Shown: positions 14,904 to 24,216, counted from the first letter of the stretch. The stretch: 32,000 nt of DNA from Nitrososphaera viennensis EN76 (GCF_000698785.1 NZ_CP007536.1:840001-872000); one strand, 5' to 3'. Numbers and translations: made by a program. Notes: generated from the letters alone by a model not told the origin.

Positions 14904-16858
14904 CCCACTGCCTTTTTCAGCTCGTCATAGGCATGCCTCACTTCGTCTATGGCGGCCCCGTCCTCAAGCGTGGTGATGTCGCCTATCTTGTCGCCACTTG
15001 CAATCGCCTTTAGCAGCCGGCGCATTATCTTGCCCGAGCGTGTCTTTGGAAGCTTGCCGACAAAATACACTTCGTCAGGGGTCGCTATCGGCCCCACGGT
15101 CTTGCGTATGTGCTCCACTATATCCTTGCGCAGCGCGTCAGACGCTGCCACACCTTCCTTTGCGACAAGGAACGCGATTATCGACTCGCCCTTTGTCGAG
15201 TCCGGCCTGCTTGCCACCGCTGCCTCTGCTATGGCCTTGTGCGCTACAAACGCGCTTTCAAGCTCCATCGTGCCGAGCCTGTGGCCGGCCACCTTTAGCA
15301 CGTCGTCGGCCCTGCCAAGGAGCCACAGGTAGCCATCCTTGTCCACAAGCGCATAGTCTCCAGGGTAATAGACGCCTTCAAACTTGCTCCAGTAGGTTTT
15401 CCTGTATTTCTCGTCGTCGCCCCAGAGCGAAAGGAGCATCCCCGGCCAGGGCTTTCTTACCACAAGATAGCCCTTTGTCCCCGGCGGCACGGGACTGCCG
15501 CTGTCGTCGACTACCACCGCGTCGACTCCAGGCACGGGAAACGTTGCCGAGCCGGGCTTCATGGGCACAAAATCGACACCGGTGCACGCAGAGAGCATGA
15601 TGCCCCCAGTTTCAGTCTGCCACCACGTGTCGATTATCGGGCAGCGCTCCTTGCCTATTGTAGTAAAGTACCACTGCCACACCTCCGGGTTTATCGGCTC
15701 GCCCACCGTGCCAAGCAGGCGCAGAAACGAAAGGTCAAACGAGTTTGGTATCGCGTCGCCGTACTTCATGTACATGCGGAGCGCAGTCGGCGTCGTGTAC
15801 AGTATCGTTGCGCCGTGCTTTTCCGCAACAGCCCAGTACCTGTCCGGCCTCGGGTAGTCTGGCGCGCCATCGTACATGATCTCTGTGATTCCGTGCATCA
15901 GGGGCGCGTACACGATGTAGCTGTGGCCTGTTACCCAGCCGATGTCGGCGGTGCAAAAGAATATGTCGCTTTTGTTGAAATCAAAAACCCACTTGGCAGT
16001 GGCGTACAGGTGCACAAGGTAGCCAGCCGTTCCGTGCATCACGCCCTTTGGCTTGCCTGTCGTCCCAGAGGTATACAGTATGTAGAGCGGGTGCGTGCTC
16101 TCTACCATTTCCGGCGGACAGAACATTGGCGCCTTTTCAATCGCTTCGTGCCACCACACGTCCTTTGGGCCCATCCTCACGTCATTGCCTGCGCGCCGAA
16201 ACACCACTACATGCTGGACGGAGGGAGTCTGTGCAAGCGACTCGTCCACCACCCTTTTCAGGTCGACAAGTTTTCCCTTGCGAAAGCCGCCGTCTGCAGT
16301 CACTATTACCTTTGACTGCGCGTCGTTCACCCTGTCGACAAGCGCCTGCGAGCTAAAGCCCGAGAAAACCACAGAGTGAGTTGCTCCGATCCTTGCGCAC
16401 GCAAGCATCGCCACAGGGAGCTCAGGCACCATTGGCATGTATATCGTGACCCTGTCGCCTTTTTGCACGCCGAGGCCCTTGAGGACGTTTGCAAACCTGT
16501 TGACGTAGCGGTACAGCTGGAAATATGTGAGCGTCCGGGACTCGCCGCTTTCGCTCTCCCAGATGATTGCGGCCTTGTTCTTGGTCTCTGTTGTGACATG
16601 CCGGTCAAGGCAGTTGACAGAGGCGTTTAGCAGGCCGCCGGAAAACCAGCGCGCAAAGGGCGGGTTCCAGTCAAGCACGCGGTCCCACTGCCGGTGCCAG
16701 TCAAGGCCCCGGGCCTGCTCTGCCCAGAACTTTTCGGGATCTGAAAGTGCTTCTTTTGACATATCCTCCAGCGCCATGCCGGGCCGGACGGTCACCTTGA
16801 CTTCGCTTGACTCCTCGTACAGCTTTGAAGGCGGGCCTGACAAATATATATACATCAA
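14900..16858 (-). CDS. acs: Acetyl-CoA synthetase (AMP-forming acyl-CoA synthetase)
   Basis: It has FWAEQARGLDWHRQW, the AMP-binding signature YTSGTTGKPKGV, WWQTETGG, and LPKTRSGKIMRRLL near the C-terminus. At 652 aa the length is typical. The start may be later (MALEDM at 16777). Substrate beyond short-chain acyl is not certain. Confidence 0.9.
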   Translation of the reverse strand: MMYIYLSGPPSKLYEESSEVKVTVRPGMALEDMSKEALSDPEKFWAEQARGLDWHRQWDRVLDWNPPFARWFSGGLLNASVNCLDRHVTTETKNKAAIIWESESGESRTLTYFQLYRYVNRFANVLKGLGVQKGDRVTIYMPMVPELPVAMLACARIGATHSVVFSGFSSQALVDRVNDAQSKVIVTADGGFRKGKLVDLKRVVDESLAQTPSVQHVVVFRRAGNDVRMGPKDVWWHEAIEKAPMFCPPEMVESTHPLYILYTSGTTGKPKGVMHGTAGYLVHLYATAKWVFDFNKSDIFFCTADIGWVTGHSYIVYAPLMHGITEIMYDGAPDYPRPDRYWAVAEKHGATILYTTPTALRMYMKYGDAIPNSFDLSFLRLLGTVGEPINPEVWQWYFTTIGKERCPIIDTWWQTETGGIMLSACTGVDFVPMKPGSATFPVPGVDAVVVDDSGSPVPPGTKGYLVVRKPWPGMLLSLWGDDEKYRKTYWSKFEGVYYPGDYALVDKDGYLWLLGRADDVLKVAGHRLGTMELESAFVAHKAIAEAAVASRPDSTKGESIIAFLVAKEGVAASDALRKDIVEHIRKTVGPIATPDEVYFVGKLPKTRSGKIMRRLLKAIASGDKIGDITTLEDGAAIDEVRHAYDELKKAVG

Positions 16859-16876
16859 CCAGAGGCCGAATTTGTT

Positions 16877-17806
16877 TTAAAAATTGATCGCTTGTATGGC
16901 AGCCGGAGCGGCAAGGCGCGGCGCGAGCCCCCTCTTCTCCTTTCTCCTCCCACGCACGGCATTAGACGATGATGATGAGGATATTATCATCAGCTCGCGC
17001 TGGCCCGTCCGGCGCGACGCGTTGCAGTTTATCAGGCGCTCCACCCTTGCAGTTCTTATCGCAAAGTTGCAGTACAGGTCGCGTATCCTGCGCGTGTCTG
17101 AATTAGAGAGGATCACGGTGCACCCAAGGTCGTGCAGGCGCACAAATTCGCTGGCAAGCTCCACGTGGTCTTCCCAGCCAAAACTTTCACGCGTGTAATC
17201 TACAAAATTTGCAGTCTTGGTCACCGGCAGGTAGGGAGGATCAAAGTACACGACATCGCCTCTTGCACACAGCCTTGTAGATTGGGTGTAGCTTGCGTGC
17301 GCTATGCTCACGCCGTCGCGCGCAAGCACGGCAGCGGCAGAGAAAAGCGCCTCTCGGTTGCATATCGTCGGGCGCTCGTACGTGCCGTGCGGGACGTTGA
17401 ACCTGCCGGCCCGATTAACGCGAAAGAGGCCGTTGTAGCACGTCCGGTTCAGGAAGATCATCCTTGCCGCCTGCTCGACCCTGCTTCTTGCAGGCTCCAG
17501 GTCGCGTACAGAGTAATAGTATTTTTCCCGCCCTGCATAGTAATTTCGCTGGTGCTCTTCCAGTACTTGTACCAGTTCGCCAGTCCTGTCTCGAACCTGC
17601 AGGTACACGTTAATCAATTCATGGTTGGAATCTGAAAGCACCGCTTCAAAGCGCGGCCTTGACTGCGCAAGGTGGAAGAACAGCGCTCCGCTCCCAAGAA
17701 AGGGCTCAAAGTAGCGGTCAAGCCTTTCAGGGCAGAACCGGGCAAGCATGTGCACGAGACGGCGCTTGCCGCCAGCCCATTTCAGGAAAGGCCCCGCGTT
17801 TTCCAA
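16877..17806 (-). CDS. dam: DNA adenine methyltransferase, Dam/D12 class (N6-adenine)
   Basis: It has FLKWAGGKRRL, the AdoMet-binding motif EPFLGSGALFF and the catalytic motif VVYFDPPY. The start is TTG. The unusual C-terminal tail is ISSSSSSNAVRGRRKEKRGLAPRLAAPAAIQAINF. Confidence 0.85.
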   Translation of the reverse strand: MENAGPFLKWAGGKRRLVHMLARFCPERLDRYFEPFLGSGALFFHLAQSRPRFEAVLSDSNHELINVYLQVRDRTGELVQVLEEHQRNYYAGREKYYYSVRDLEPARSRVEQAARMIFLNRTCYNGLFRVNRAGRFNVPHGTYERPTICNREALFSAAAVLARDGVSIAHASYTQSTRLCARGDVVYFDPPYLPVTKTANFVDYTRESFGWEDHVELASEFVRLHDLGCTVILSNSDTRRIRDLYCNFAIRTARVERLINCNASRRTGQRELMIISSSSSSNAVRGRRKEKRGLAPRLAAPAAIQAINF

Positions 17807-17974
17807 GACATGCGGAGATGCCTTTTCAAGGTTAAAAAAAGCCGTGGTGCAAACAGTACGATCCCGGGCGATCTAAACCCTGACTTGCAGACCTGCCTGT
17901 GGCAACCCGTTCCAAAATATACTGATGAATGCTTTTATACATACAATATAGACAATCCTAGAGACTTTTAGGAT

Positions 17975-18226
17975 TTGCCAGACAGGGGCGACAACAGTGT
18001 CCAGATAAGCGGAGACAGGCTCAAGGCCCTCCTTGAAAAGGCACTTGCCGTGTTTGGCGACCCGGGCAAAGAGTACATAATGGAAGACCTTGTACGCCAC
18101 GGCATCAAGTTTGACAGCAGGTCGCATTACACGCTTGCGCAGGTACAGGACGCCCTTTCAATCCTTGGCGAGGACGGCGCGGCGCTCGTCATAGGCAGGG
18201 TGCGCAGGGAACTAGAGCGCGCCTAG
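17975..18226 (+). CDS. Small helical protein of unknown function (same family as 8011..8295)
   Basis: The 83-aa product starts at TTG. See the by-eye alignment under 8011..8295. Its 3' end overlaps the histone gene's 3' end by 4 nt (convergent). Confidence 0.45.
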   Translation: MPDRGDNSVQISGDRLKALLEKALAVFGDPGKEYIMEDLVRHGIKFDSRSHYTLAQVQDALSILGEDGAALVIGRVRRELERA

Positions 18227-18447
18227 AGCCGGATAACGTTCTTTGAAGCAAGCCGGATGTCCTCCGGTTTTATCGTCTTTCTGCCCGCGTGCATGGAGAG
18301 TTCTGCCGCCTGCTTGGCTATCCTCTCGGCCACCTCCTCCAGAACCTTCCGAAGCTCGTCTGCCGCGTCGTCGCTCACGCGCTCGGCGCCGGACTTTTTC
18401 ATTATGCGGTACATGGCCGCGAGGCCAAACTCTGGACCTGAAGACAC
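18223..18447 (-). CDS. Archaeal histone (HMf-type histone fold)
   Basis: FGLAAMYRIMKKSGAERVSDDAADELRKVLEEVAERIAKQAAELSMHAGRKTIKPEDIRLASK is near-canonical for the archaeal histone signature (AGAERVSDDA ... HAGRKTIK.EDI.LA). Confidence 0.9.
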   Translation of the reverse strand: MSSGPEFGLAAMYRIMKKSGAERVSDDAADELRKVLEEVAERIAKQAAELSMHAGRKTIKPEDIRLASKNVIRL

Positions 18448-18508
18448 AGGTCAGGGATGGCGGCCGCCTGTTAAAAGTTTTAATTCCTTTTCACAGGCAT
18501 GCAGCCGC

Positions 18509-19285
18509 ATGTTGCTGCTGTACGACGCGCATGTGCACCTGACAGACGGCGAGTACTCTGGCTACATCAGCCACGTGATTTCGTCGCTTTACGCGATGAA
18601 GATCGTCGCGTGCTCTGTCGCAGTCGACCTAGAGACCACGAAGAAGAGCTTTCGGCTGTTCAACGATCACAAAAAAGTCGTAAGGCAGTTTGTCGGCATC
18701 CACCCCGAGTTTGCCGCAAGGGAAGACCTCGACAAGTTCGTGCAGGTGGCAAGGGAGAACATGGCGTCAGTTGACGGCATCGGCGAGATAGGACTGGACG
18801 GCACGTACGAGGCTGAAAGGGGCGTCCCGTACGGGCGCCAAAAACAGGTGTTCTGCGCCATGCTTGCGCTTGCAGAATCCACAGGCAAGCCGGTGTCGAT
18901 ACACTCGCGGCGCTCCCTTGACGACATACTGGCCATCCTGCCGTCTTACCGGCTACAGGGCGCGCTCTTGCACTGGTTTGCAGGAAGCAAGAAGCAGCTT
19001 GCCAAGTCGATGGAGATGGGCCTGTACGTGTCGTACGGCCCGGCGCTTGTCTACTCTGAAGACAAGAAGGTGCTGCTAAAACACACGCAAAGAGATCGCT
19101 TTCTTGTAGAAACAGACGGGCCGGTCAGGTATTCGAGGTGCTTTGAGGGCAAGCCGGCGCTTCCCACGTCGTTTCTCCCAAGCGTCGTCGCCTCTGCGGC
19201 CGCAGTCCTCGGCGTCACGTACGGCGAGGCCGCAGAGATGACAGCCAGGAACACGGAAGCGTTCCTCGGGTCACAACAATTATAA
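18509..19285 (+). CDS. tatD: TatD-family metal-dependent hydrolase
   Basis: MLLLYDAHVHLTDGEY carries the HxH metal motif. Other matches are VGIHPEFA, IGEIGLDGTY, PVSIHSRRS, LLHWFAGS and FLVETDGP. I trimmed to the ATG at 18509. The upstream part of ORF 18257..19285 is antisense to the histone gene. Confidence 0.8.
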   Translation: MLLLYDAHVHLTDGEYSGYISHVISSLYAMKIVACSVAVDLETTKKSFRLFNDHKKVVRQFVGIHPEFAAREDLDKFVQVARENMASVDGIGEIGLDGTYEAERGVPYGRQKQVFCAMLALAESTGKPVSIHSRRSLDDILAILPSYRLQGALLHWFAGSKKQLAKSMEMGLYVSYGPALVYSEDKKVLLKHTQRDRFLVETDGPVRYSRCFEGKPALPTSFLPSVVASAAAVLGVTYGEAAEMTARNTEAFLGSQQL

Positions 19286-19313
19286 ATTATGTCGCACTCG
19301 CCTCCTCTATCCA

Positions 19314-19565
19314 ATGAACCGAATAAAGCGCATTTCCGCCGAGCTCCTGCAGAAGCACCCTGACAAGTTTGGGCTCGAATTTGACGCTAACAAGAAGGCC
19401 CTCAACGAGGTGGCCATCGTCAAGTCCAAGGTCCTGAGGAACGAGCTTGCAGGCTATATAACTTCCCACCTCCGCAAAAAGGCGGCGCAGGAAAAGGCGT
19501 CCTCCGCGATGGCTGAAGGAGAGGAAGCGGAAGAAGAAGAGACTGAAGAAGAATCGACCGAGTAA
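19314..19565 (+). CDS. rps17e: Ribosomal protein eS17 (S17e)
   Basis: RIKRISAELLQKHPDKFGLEFDANKKALNEVAIVKSKVLRNELAGYITSHLRKK matches the S17e pattern (..KF..DF..NK........SK.LRN.IAGY.T). It has an acidic Glu-rich C-terminal tail. Confidence 0.85.
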   Translation: MNRIKRISAELLQKHPDKFGLEFDANKKALNEVAIVKSKVLRNELAGYITSHLRKKAAQEKASSAMAEGEEAEEEETEEESTE

Positions 19566-19573
19566 TAACAATA

Positions 19574-20356
19574 ATGATAAGAATCAGGCTGCTGGGCGGC
19601 GCAAAAAAAGCCGTCGGCAGGCCTTCTCTCGACCTCGACAGAAAGCAGGCGTCTGTTTCCGAGGTTTTGACGTTTTTGCAAGGCATCTCGCAGGAGCCAA
19701 GGCTTTTGCAGCCAGGCAACCTCATAATAGCGGTAAACGGCGTCGACTCGCAGGCACTGTCCGGCCCTGACACCATTGTCAGGGATGGCGATACGGTGAC
19801 AATAGTCACCGTGGTGCACGGCGGGAGCAGCAAAAAGAAGTGGAACGTCCTTGTAGCAGGCGTGCGCGTGATAGACAGCAGCAACAGGGACGCAGGCAAG
19901 CTGCTTGACAGGCTGCGGGCGGAAAACCCGGGCGTGATGGTGCAGGCGGCCGATGCGGCCGCAGTCTATGGGCGGGACCACGCGCTTGGCGCCCTCGACA
20001 TCGCCCTTGAAGCGATGGCAAGAAACGTCATGATTGCAAACAGGCCGGAAACAGAGGCGCTGCTGCGCCTTGCATGCACCGACCAGATTGCAGAGGCAAT
20101 GAAAAGGGCGCGCCTCAGGGAAGGCGCGGCAGGATGCTTTATCGCCTTTTCAACTGACGCGCAGGCACTGAAAAAATTTGGCGAGCAGATCTCGCAGGAA
20201 TTTGCACTTGACGACTCGGTCATTTCCCAGAGCGACGAAAAAAAGAAGACGCTTGCAAAAACAATCGGCATCGCCTCTCCAGAAGCCGATGACGACAACA
20301 GCGAATTCCTTGACTTGCTGCTAGAGCGCGCGGCGATACTGGTAAAGAAGAGCTAG
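19574..20356 (+). CDS. cgi121: Fusion protein: MoaD/ThiS-like ubiquitin-like beta-grasp domain (ending in HGG) plus KEOPS subunit Cgi121
   Basis: Residues 1-84 (MIRIRLLGGAKK...IVRDGDTVTIVTVVHGG) have the MoaD/ThiS/SAMP layout, with a Gly-Gly at residues 83-84 (nt 19820..19825). The remainder is VQAADAAAVYGRDHALGALDIALEAMARNVMIANRPETEALLRLACTDQIAEAMKRARL...CFIAF...LLLERAAILVKK. It aligns by eye with archaeal Cgi121 (recalled pattern ILNADVV..KKHVLHAINQA...MEILVRASGQRQIHEAIK). Confidence 0.75.
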   Translation: MIRIRLLGGAKKAVGRPSLDLDRKQASVSEVLTFLQGISQEPRLLQPGNLIIAVNGVDSQALSGPDTIVRDGDTVTIVTVVHGGSSKKKWNVLVAGVRVIDSSNRDAGKLLDRLRAENPGVMVQAADAAAVYGRDHALGALDIALEAMARNVMIANRPETEALLRLACTDQIAEAMKRARLREGAAGCFIAFSTDAQALKKFGEQISQEFALDDSVISQSDEKKKTLAKTIGIASPEADDDNSEFLDLLLERAAILVKKS

Positions 20357-20364
20357 CTGGCTAG

Positions 20365-20898
20365 TCAGTCTGCCGACTCGCGCTTTGCGACAACAGAGCT
20401 AAAGAACTTGTCCGGCGTTACCACAGAGACGCCGGCGTGCCTGCCCACGATTTCAACGAGCACTATCCAGGAAGGGTTTTCAAGGTCTACCTTGCGCTTG
20501 ACCTCCTGCGCGACATAGTCGATTATTTCGCGCGAGTGCAGGTCGCTGTGGCGCTTTTCAACCATTATCTTGAACGACGCGTCTTCAGGTATCCTTGCCG
20601 CCATCGACCCCACCGCGCCAGAAATGTCCTCAAGCTCGGCAGGCACGACCTTCTCTATCGGGAGAACCCGCATCACGTAGCGGATTTCCCACGGCTCTGA
20701 GGCCACAAGCCCCTTTAGTTTTTCAACAACTGTCACCGGATGAATCGACGTCTTGGCAAGTATGATTCCCGCGACCCGGGTTACCTCCGCCTCGGCGTCA
20801 GGGTCGCCAAAGGCGTCAAGCAGGTCGAGGATCTCGCCAAAAGCGTCTTCCTCGCGGAACCTCGGACTGGAGACTAGCAGGTTGAAGTCGTTCATCAT
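20365..20898 (-). CDS. THUMP domain-containing protein (putative tRNA-modification RNA-binding protein, Tan1-like)
   Basis: The 177-aa product has an N-terminal ferredoxin-like part and a C-terminal THUMP-like part (FKIMVEKRHSDLHSREIIDYVAQEV...VDLENPSWIVLVEIVGRHAGVSVV). Its start overlaps the tsaC stop (ATGA at 20895..20898). Confidence 0.65.
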   Translation of the reverse strand: MMNDFNLLVSSPRFREEDAFGEILDLLDAFGDPDAEAEVTRVAGIILAKTSIHPVTVVEKLKGLVASEPWEIRYVMRVLPIEKVVPAELEDISGAVGSMAARIPEDASFKIMVEKRHSDLHSREIIDYVAQEVKRKVDLENPSWIVLVEIVGRHAGVSVVTPDKFFSSVVAKRESAD

Positions 20899-21509
20899 GA
20901 TGATTGTCCAAGCACCTCTTCAATTTCGCCTGCGCTTATTGCGCCCTGCCGGATGATTCTGGGCGCGCCGGCAGTCGCGATGTCAATTATCGTGGATTCC
21001 ATTCCGATGAGCGCGCTCTTGTCAACGAGAAGGGCGTCATAGCCTTCCAGCGCCACTTCCTGCGCGCTCTTGGGCGCCGGCCTGCCGGAAGGGTTTGCGC
21101 TCGTCCCGACCAGGTACTTGCACATCGACAGCAGGTCCAGCGCGCACTTGTTTGCAGGAACGCGGACTGCAAGGCTGCGCCCGCCGGCCAGGACCCTGTC
21201 AGAGATCTTGTGGTCTGCAAGCGGCGCGACGATCGTAAGCGCCCCCGGCCAGAACTTGTCTGCAAGCGCCCTGCCGGCACTGCCCAGCTTTACTATTTTC
21301 TCCGCGTCCTCGGTGCTTGCCGCAAGCACGGGAAGGGGCTTGTCCTCCTGCCGCCCCTTTATCTCGAAAATCCGCGCAACGGAAGAGTCGCTGTACGGGT
21401 CGCAACCTATCCCGTAGACGGTGTCCGTCGGGAAAACAACCACCCCGCCTTCCTTGACTATTGACGCGCACCGGACCACTCCTTCCGGGCAGTCGAGGAT
21501 CTCTGTCAC
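20895..21509 (-). CDS. tsaC: L-threonylcarbamoyladenylate synthase, short YrdC/TsaC-type (Sua5 family without the C-terminal domain)
   Basis: [45 protein letters not shown] and SANPSGRP are YrdC-domain signatures. At 204 aa it has no Sua5-specific C-terminal domain. Confidence 0.85.
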   Translation of the reverse strand: MTEILDCPEGVVRCASIVKEGGVVVFPTDTVYGIGCDPYSDSSVARIFEIKGRQEDKPLPVLAASTEDAEKIVKLGSAGRALADKFWPGALTIVAPLADHKISDRVLAGGRSLAVRVPANKCALDLLSMCKYLVGTSANPSGRPAPKSAQEVALEGYDALLVDKSALIGMESTIIDIATAGAPRIIRQGAISAGEIEEVLGQSS

Positions 21510-21513
21510 GCCA

Positions 21514-23643
21514 CTATTGCAGCCTCACGATTGCTGCCACGTCTTTTGCGGCCGCCTTTTTCAGCTCGTCGCGCACAGCTTTTGCGACGTGCTCTGGTGC
21601 GGTAAGGCTTGAAAAGTCCATGAGTTTTACCCCGTCCAGTATGTGCACCTGCGGCGCAAGGCCCCTGCCGCTGTCCCGGTGCTCGTGCAAGATTTCATCG
21701 ACCCTGTCTGCCACGTCGTCAGGCGCGCCGTTGAATATCGCGGCATTGTCGACAGAGAGCCTGACGCGGCCGTACTTGTCAAGGACGAGCACCGGCTGCT
21801 TTTTTGATTTCAGGAACAGCTTTTTCTTGCTCATCTCGCAGGCAAATATGTGGTAGTTCTGCATGTCAAATATTCGCTGGACGCCCTCGCTGACGCCAAA
21901 CAGCTCGCAGGCAAGAACGTGCGCCTCGCTGTCTCCTATCTCCGGCGCGTTTGCGGTGCCGATGTCAAGCGACACGTTGCCCATCGCAGTCACGCGGAGG
22001 AGAGAGCGCTCGCTTATGAACTCTGACTGTATCGTTATCGACTCTGGCAGCGCGCCCCTTTCAAGGGCTGTTTTTTTCACCTGATCGGCAAGTTCGGTGA
22101 TGTCCTCCGGCCTCGGGTCGTTCACAGTCTTTTCGACTTCTTCGTGGATCATGGCCGCCGCCACGCCTATTGATGAAATGACCTCCGCGTGCTCGGCTAT
22201 CTTGTGCGACAGCTGCATCTTGCGTGCGACGTACGGAACCAGCACCGACGCGCCGCCTCCTCCCCCTACAAAGACGACCCTCTCGCGTTTTAGCTTGTAT
22301 TCCTTTACCATCGGCTCGACTATCTCCAGCACCTTCTTTGCAGAAATGTCAAGTATCATGCCTGCCGCCTGCTCCATTGTCGTGCCAAGCCGGGACGCAA
22401 GGATGGACAGCGCTATTCTTGCTGACTCGGTATTTGCGCGGGCATAGTCGCCTTCGGGCACAAGGCCGAGCGCGTTTGCCGCGCACGTGTTTGTTATCGC
22501 AAAGCGCCTGCCTCCGGCCTCTATTGCGACATAGTCTATTGGGTCGCCTTCTTTTGGGGAAAACGTGATTATCTGCCCGCCTTCAAGCTCGTCTGGCTGC
22601 GCAAAGCAAGAGTACGGCAGGCCGGCGATGTGCGCCGAGCGCGGCCCCACGTCTGTTATCTTGCGGCCGGACCAGCGCACGAGCGAGCCTCCGGCGACGC
22701 CGGCGACCCGGACGTCAAGGGATCGTATGCATGTGGGATGCTGCGTTATCGTGACGTACCGGATCTCTGGCCGGCCGTCCTTTATCACGCAGACGTTGGT
22801 GGACGTTCCGCCCACCTCTACAAAAACGCCGTCGATTACCCGCAAATGCAAAAGCGCCCCGGCGACGCTTGCCGCCGGCCCGGACAACACGGTGATTATG
22901 GGCTTGCTCTGAAATGTGCGCATGCTAGTCACGCCCCCGTCGCCCTTCATGATGAGCACCGGCGCGGTGATGCCCTCGTTGCGGACGGCAGACTCGACGA
23001 ACTTTGCGGTGCCGGTCGCCTTTGGCAGTATGCCGGCGTTGATAGCCGCGGTAAGCGTCCTTATCTCAAGGCCGTAGATGCCGGTCAGCTCGTGGCCGGC
23101 AGTCGCCGGCACGTCTGAATTTTGCATGACAAACAGCTCGTTTGACGGGTCGTCGACCCCGTACGCCTCGCTCACCACTATGACCTGCGCGCCTTCCCCC
23201 TTTAGCTCGGCGATGGCCTGCCTGACCTGGCCGTCTTCTAGGTATTTTGACGTGTCGAGGAACCGGTAGCAGGTGTGCAGGTACTTGTTTGGCGCAAGCT
23301 CGACGTTGCGTACGTTGGTGCGCTTTATCACGTTTGATTTTTCAAGGCCGACTCCCATGCCGACGATTCCGACTTTGGCAGTGTCGCCTTCCAGCAGCGC
23401 GTTCACGGCCTGCGTCGTGCTGTGCGAGATTAACTCGATTTCCGAGTTTGTGATGGCGTGCCTCTGCATCAGCGTCTTTAGCGCCTGGACGATTCCCGTG
23501 GAGACGCCCTCGCTTGAAGAGTGCGTCGTAGGCACAGTCACCTTGCCGATGATGCTTCCCTTGGCCATGTCAATTGCAACGGCCTTGGTGAACGTGCCCC
23601 CTACGTCGATGCCAACCCTGATCCTTCTCGCTGCTGCCTGCAT
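21514..23643 (-). CDS. Hydantoinase/oxoprolinase-family (HyuA-like, ASKHA fold) protein
   Basis: [19 protein letters not shown] is an ASKHA phosphate-1 type motif. Later motifs include [28 protein letters not shown] and [13 protein letters not shown]. The product is 709 aa and ends 4 nt before the tsaC start. Confidence 0.7.
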   Translation of the reverse strand: MQAAARRIRVGIDVGGTFTKAVAIDMAKGSIIGKVTVPTTHSSSEGVSTGIVQALKTLMQRHAITNSEIELISHSTTQAVNALLEGDTAKVGIVGMGVGLEKSNVIKRTNVRNVELAPNKYLHTCYRFLDTSKYLEDGQVRQAIAELKGEGAQVIVVSEAYGVDDPSNELFVMQNSDVPATAGHELTGIYGLEIRTLTAAINAGILPKATGTAKFVESAVRNEGITAPVLIMKGDGGVTSMRTFQSKPIITVLSGPAASVAGALLHLRVIDGVFVEVGGTSTNVCVIKDGRPEIRYVTITQHPTCIRSLDVRVAGVAGGSLVRWSGRKITDVGPRSAHIAGLPYSCFAQPDELEGGQIITFSPKEGDPIDYVAIEAGGRRFAITNTCAANALGLVPEGDYARANTESARIALSILASRLGTTMEQAAGMILDISAKKVLEIVEPMVKEYKLKRERVVFVGGGGGASVLVPYVARKMQLSHKIAEHAEVISSIGVAAAMIHEEVEKTVNDPRPEDITELADQVKKTALERGALPESITIQSEFISERSLLRVTAMGNVSLDIGTANAPEIGDSEAHVLACELFGVSEGVQRIFDMQNYHIFACEMSKKKLFLKSKKQPVLVLDKYGRVRLSVDNAAIFNGAPDDVADRVDEILHEHRDSGRGLAPQVHILDGVKLMDFSSLTAPEHVAKAVRDELKKAAAKDVAAIVRLQ

Positions 23644-23914
23644 AAGATGTTAGGCAAACCTAACCCCGCCTGCTTGTAATTTAAACCCTGTGCGAAGGGG
23701 TTCTGTATAGTTCTCGTCGGGTAGGCTGTGACAATCTGGCTGTAACAAATCGTCGGATGGTGGCAATTTTACTTCATAATGAAAGCAGGCGCCGCGAGAC
23801 TCTATGCCGCGATTGTAGTCTTTGCTCTGTCGTTATCGGTTGCGATGCTTTATGGTAAGACAATTGACGAGCTTACAAAGTTAATTCTAGTCGGCTTTGT
23901 AATATCTTCAGGCA

Positions 23915-24184
23915 TCAGCGTTTTCGTCTTTTTCTCGCGTCAACAAAGAAAGCTATAGCCAATAACGCTATGCCTATTGCCGCGAGTGTATTGAGAGCGT
24001 CAGAGCTATTGTTGAAAATTTTGTTAGGATTAAGGTATACTATCGCAGTGAACGCAAACATGATAATCGCATAAGCGACCCATTGTCTTGTTTCCTGTTT
24101 CTTGCTGTTTCTATAGACAGTCATCCCAAGTCCCAATACTCCCATTATCGCGCCGAAAACAGGACTCGTTATCTCGGATGACAT
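23915..24184 (-). CDS. Small membrane protein (3 predicted TM), unknown function
   Basis: The 89-aa product has the segments PVFGAIMGVLGLGMTVY, WVAYAIIMFAFTAIVYL and LAAIGIALLAIAFFV, plus a basic C-terminus RKRRKR. It lies in the AT-richer region beside the transposase. Confidence 0.4.
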   Translation of the reverse strand: MSSEITSPVFGAIMGVLGLGMTVYRNSKKQETRQWVAYAIIMFAFTAIVYLNPNKIFNNSSDALNTLAAIGIALLAIAFFVDARKRRKR

Positions 24185-24216
24185 ATGGACAGTCGCTACC
24201 GGTACAAATTACCGGG

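Noticed and set aside
14949-16630. Multiple 60-200-aa plus-strand ORFs opposite acs
   Set aside because: All are shadows of the 652-aa acetyl-CoA synthetase gene, which has unambiguous AMP-binding motifs.
16877-18226. Possible restriction-modification system around the Dam-like gene
   Set aside because: No adjacent ORF has nuclease-like features. The neighbours are acs and a small helical protein, so it is treated as an orphan methyltransferase.
18257-18508. Long N-terminal extension of the TatD ORF
   Set aside because: This part is antisense to the histone gene and is Ser/Ala-rich. TatD homology (HVHL motif) begins right after the ATG at 18509.
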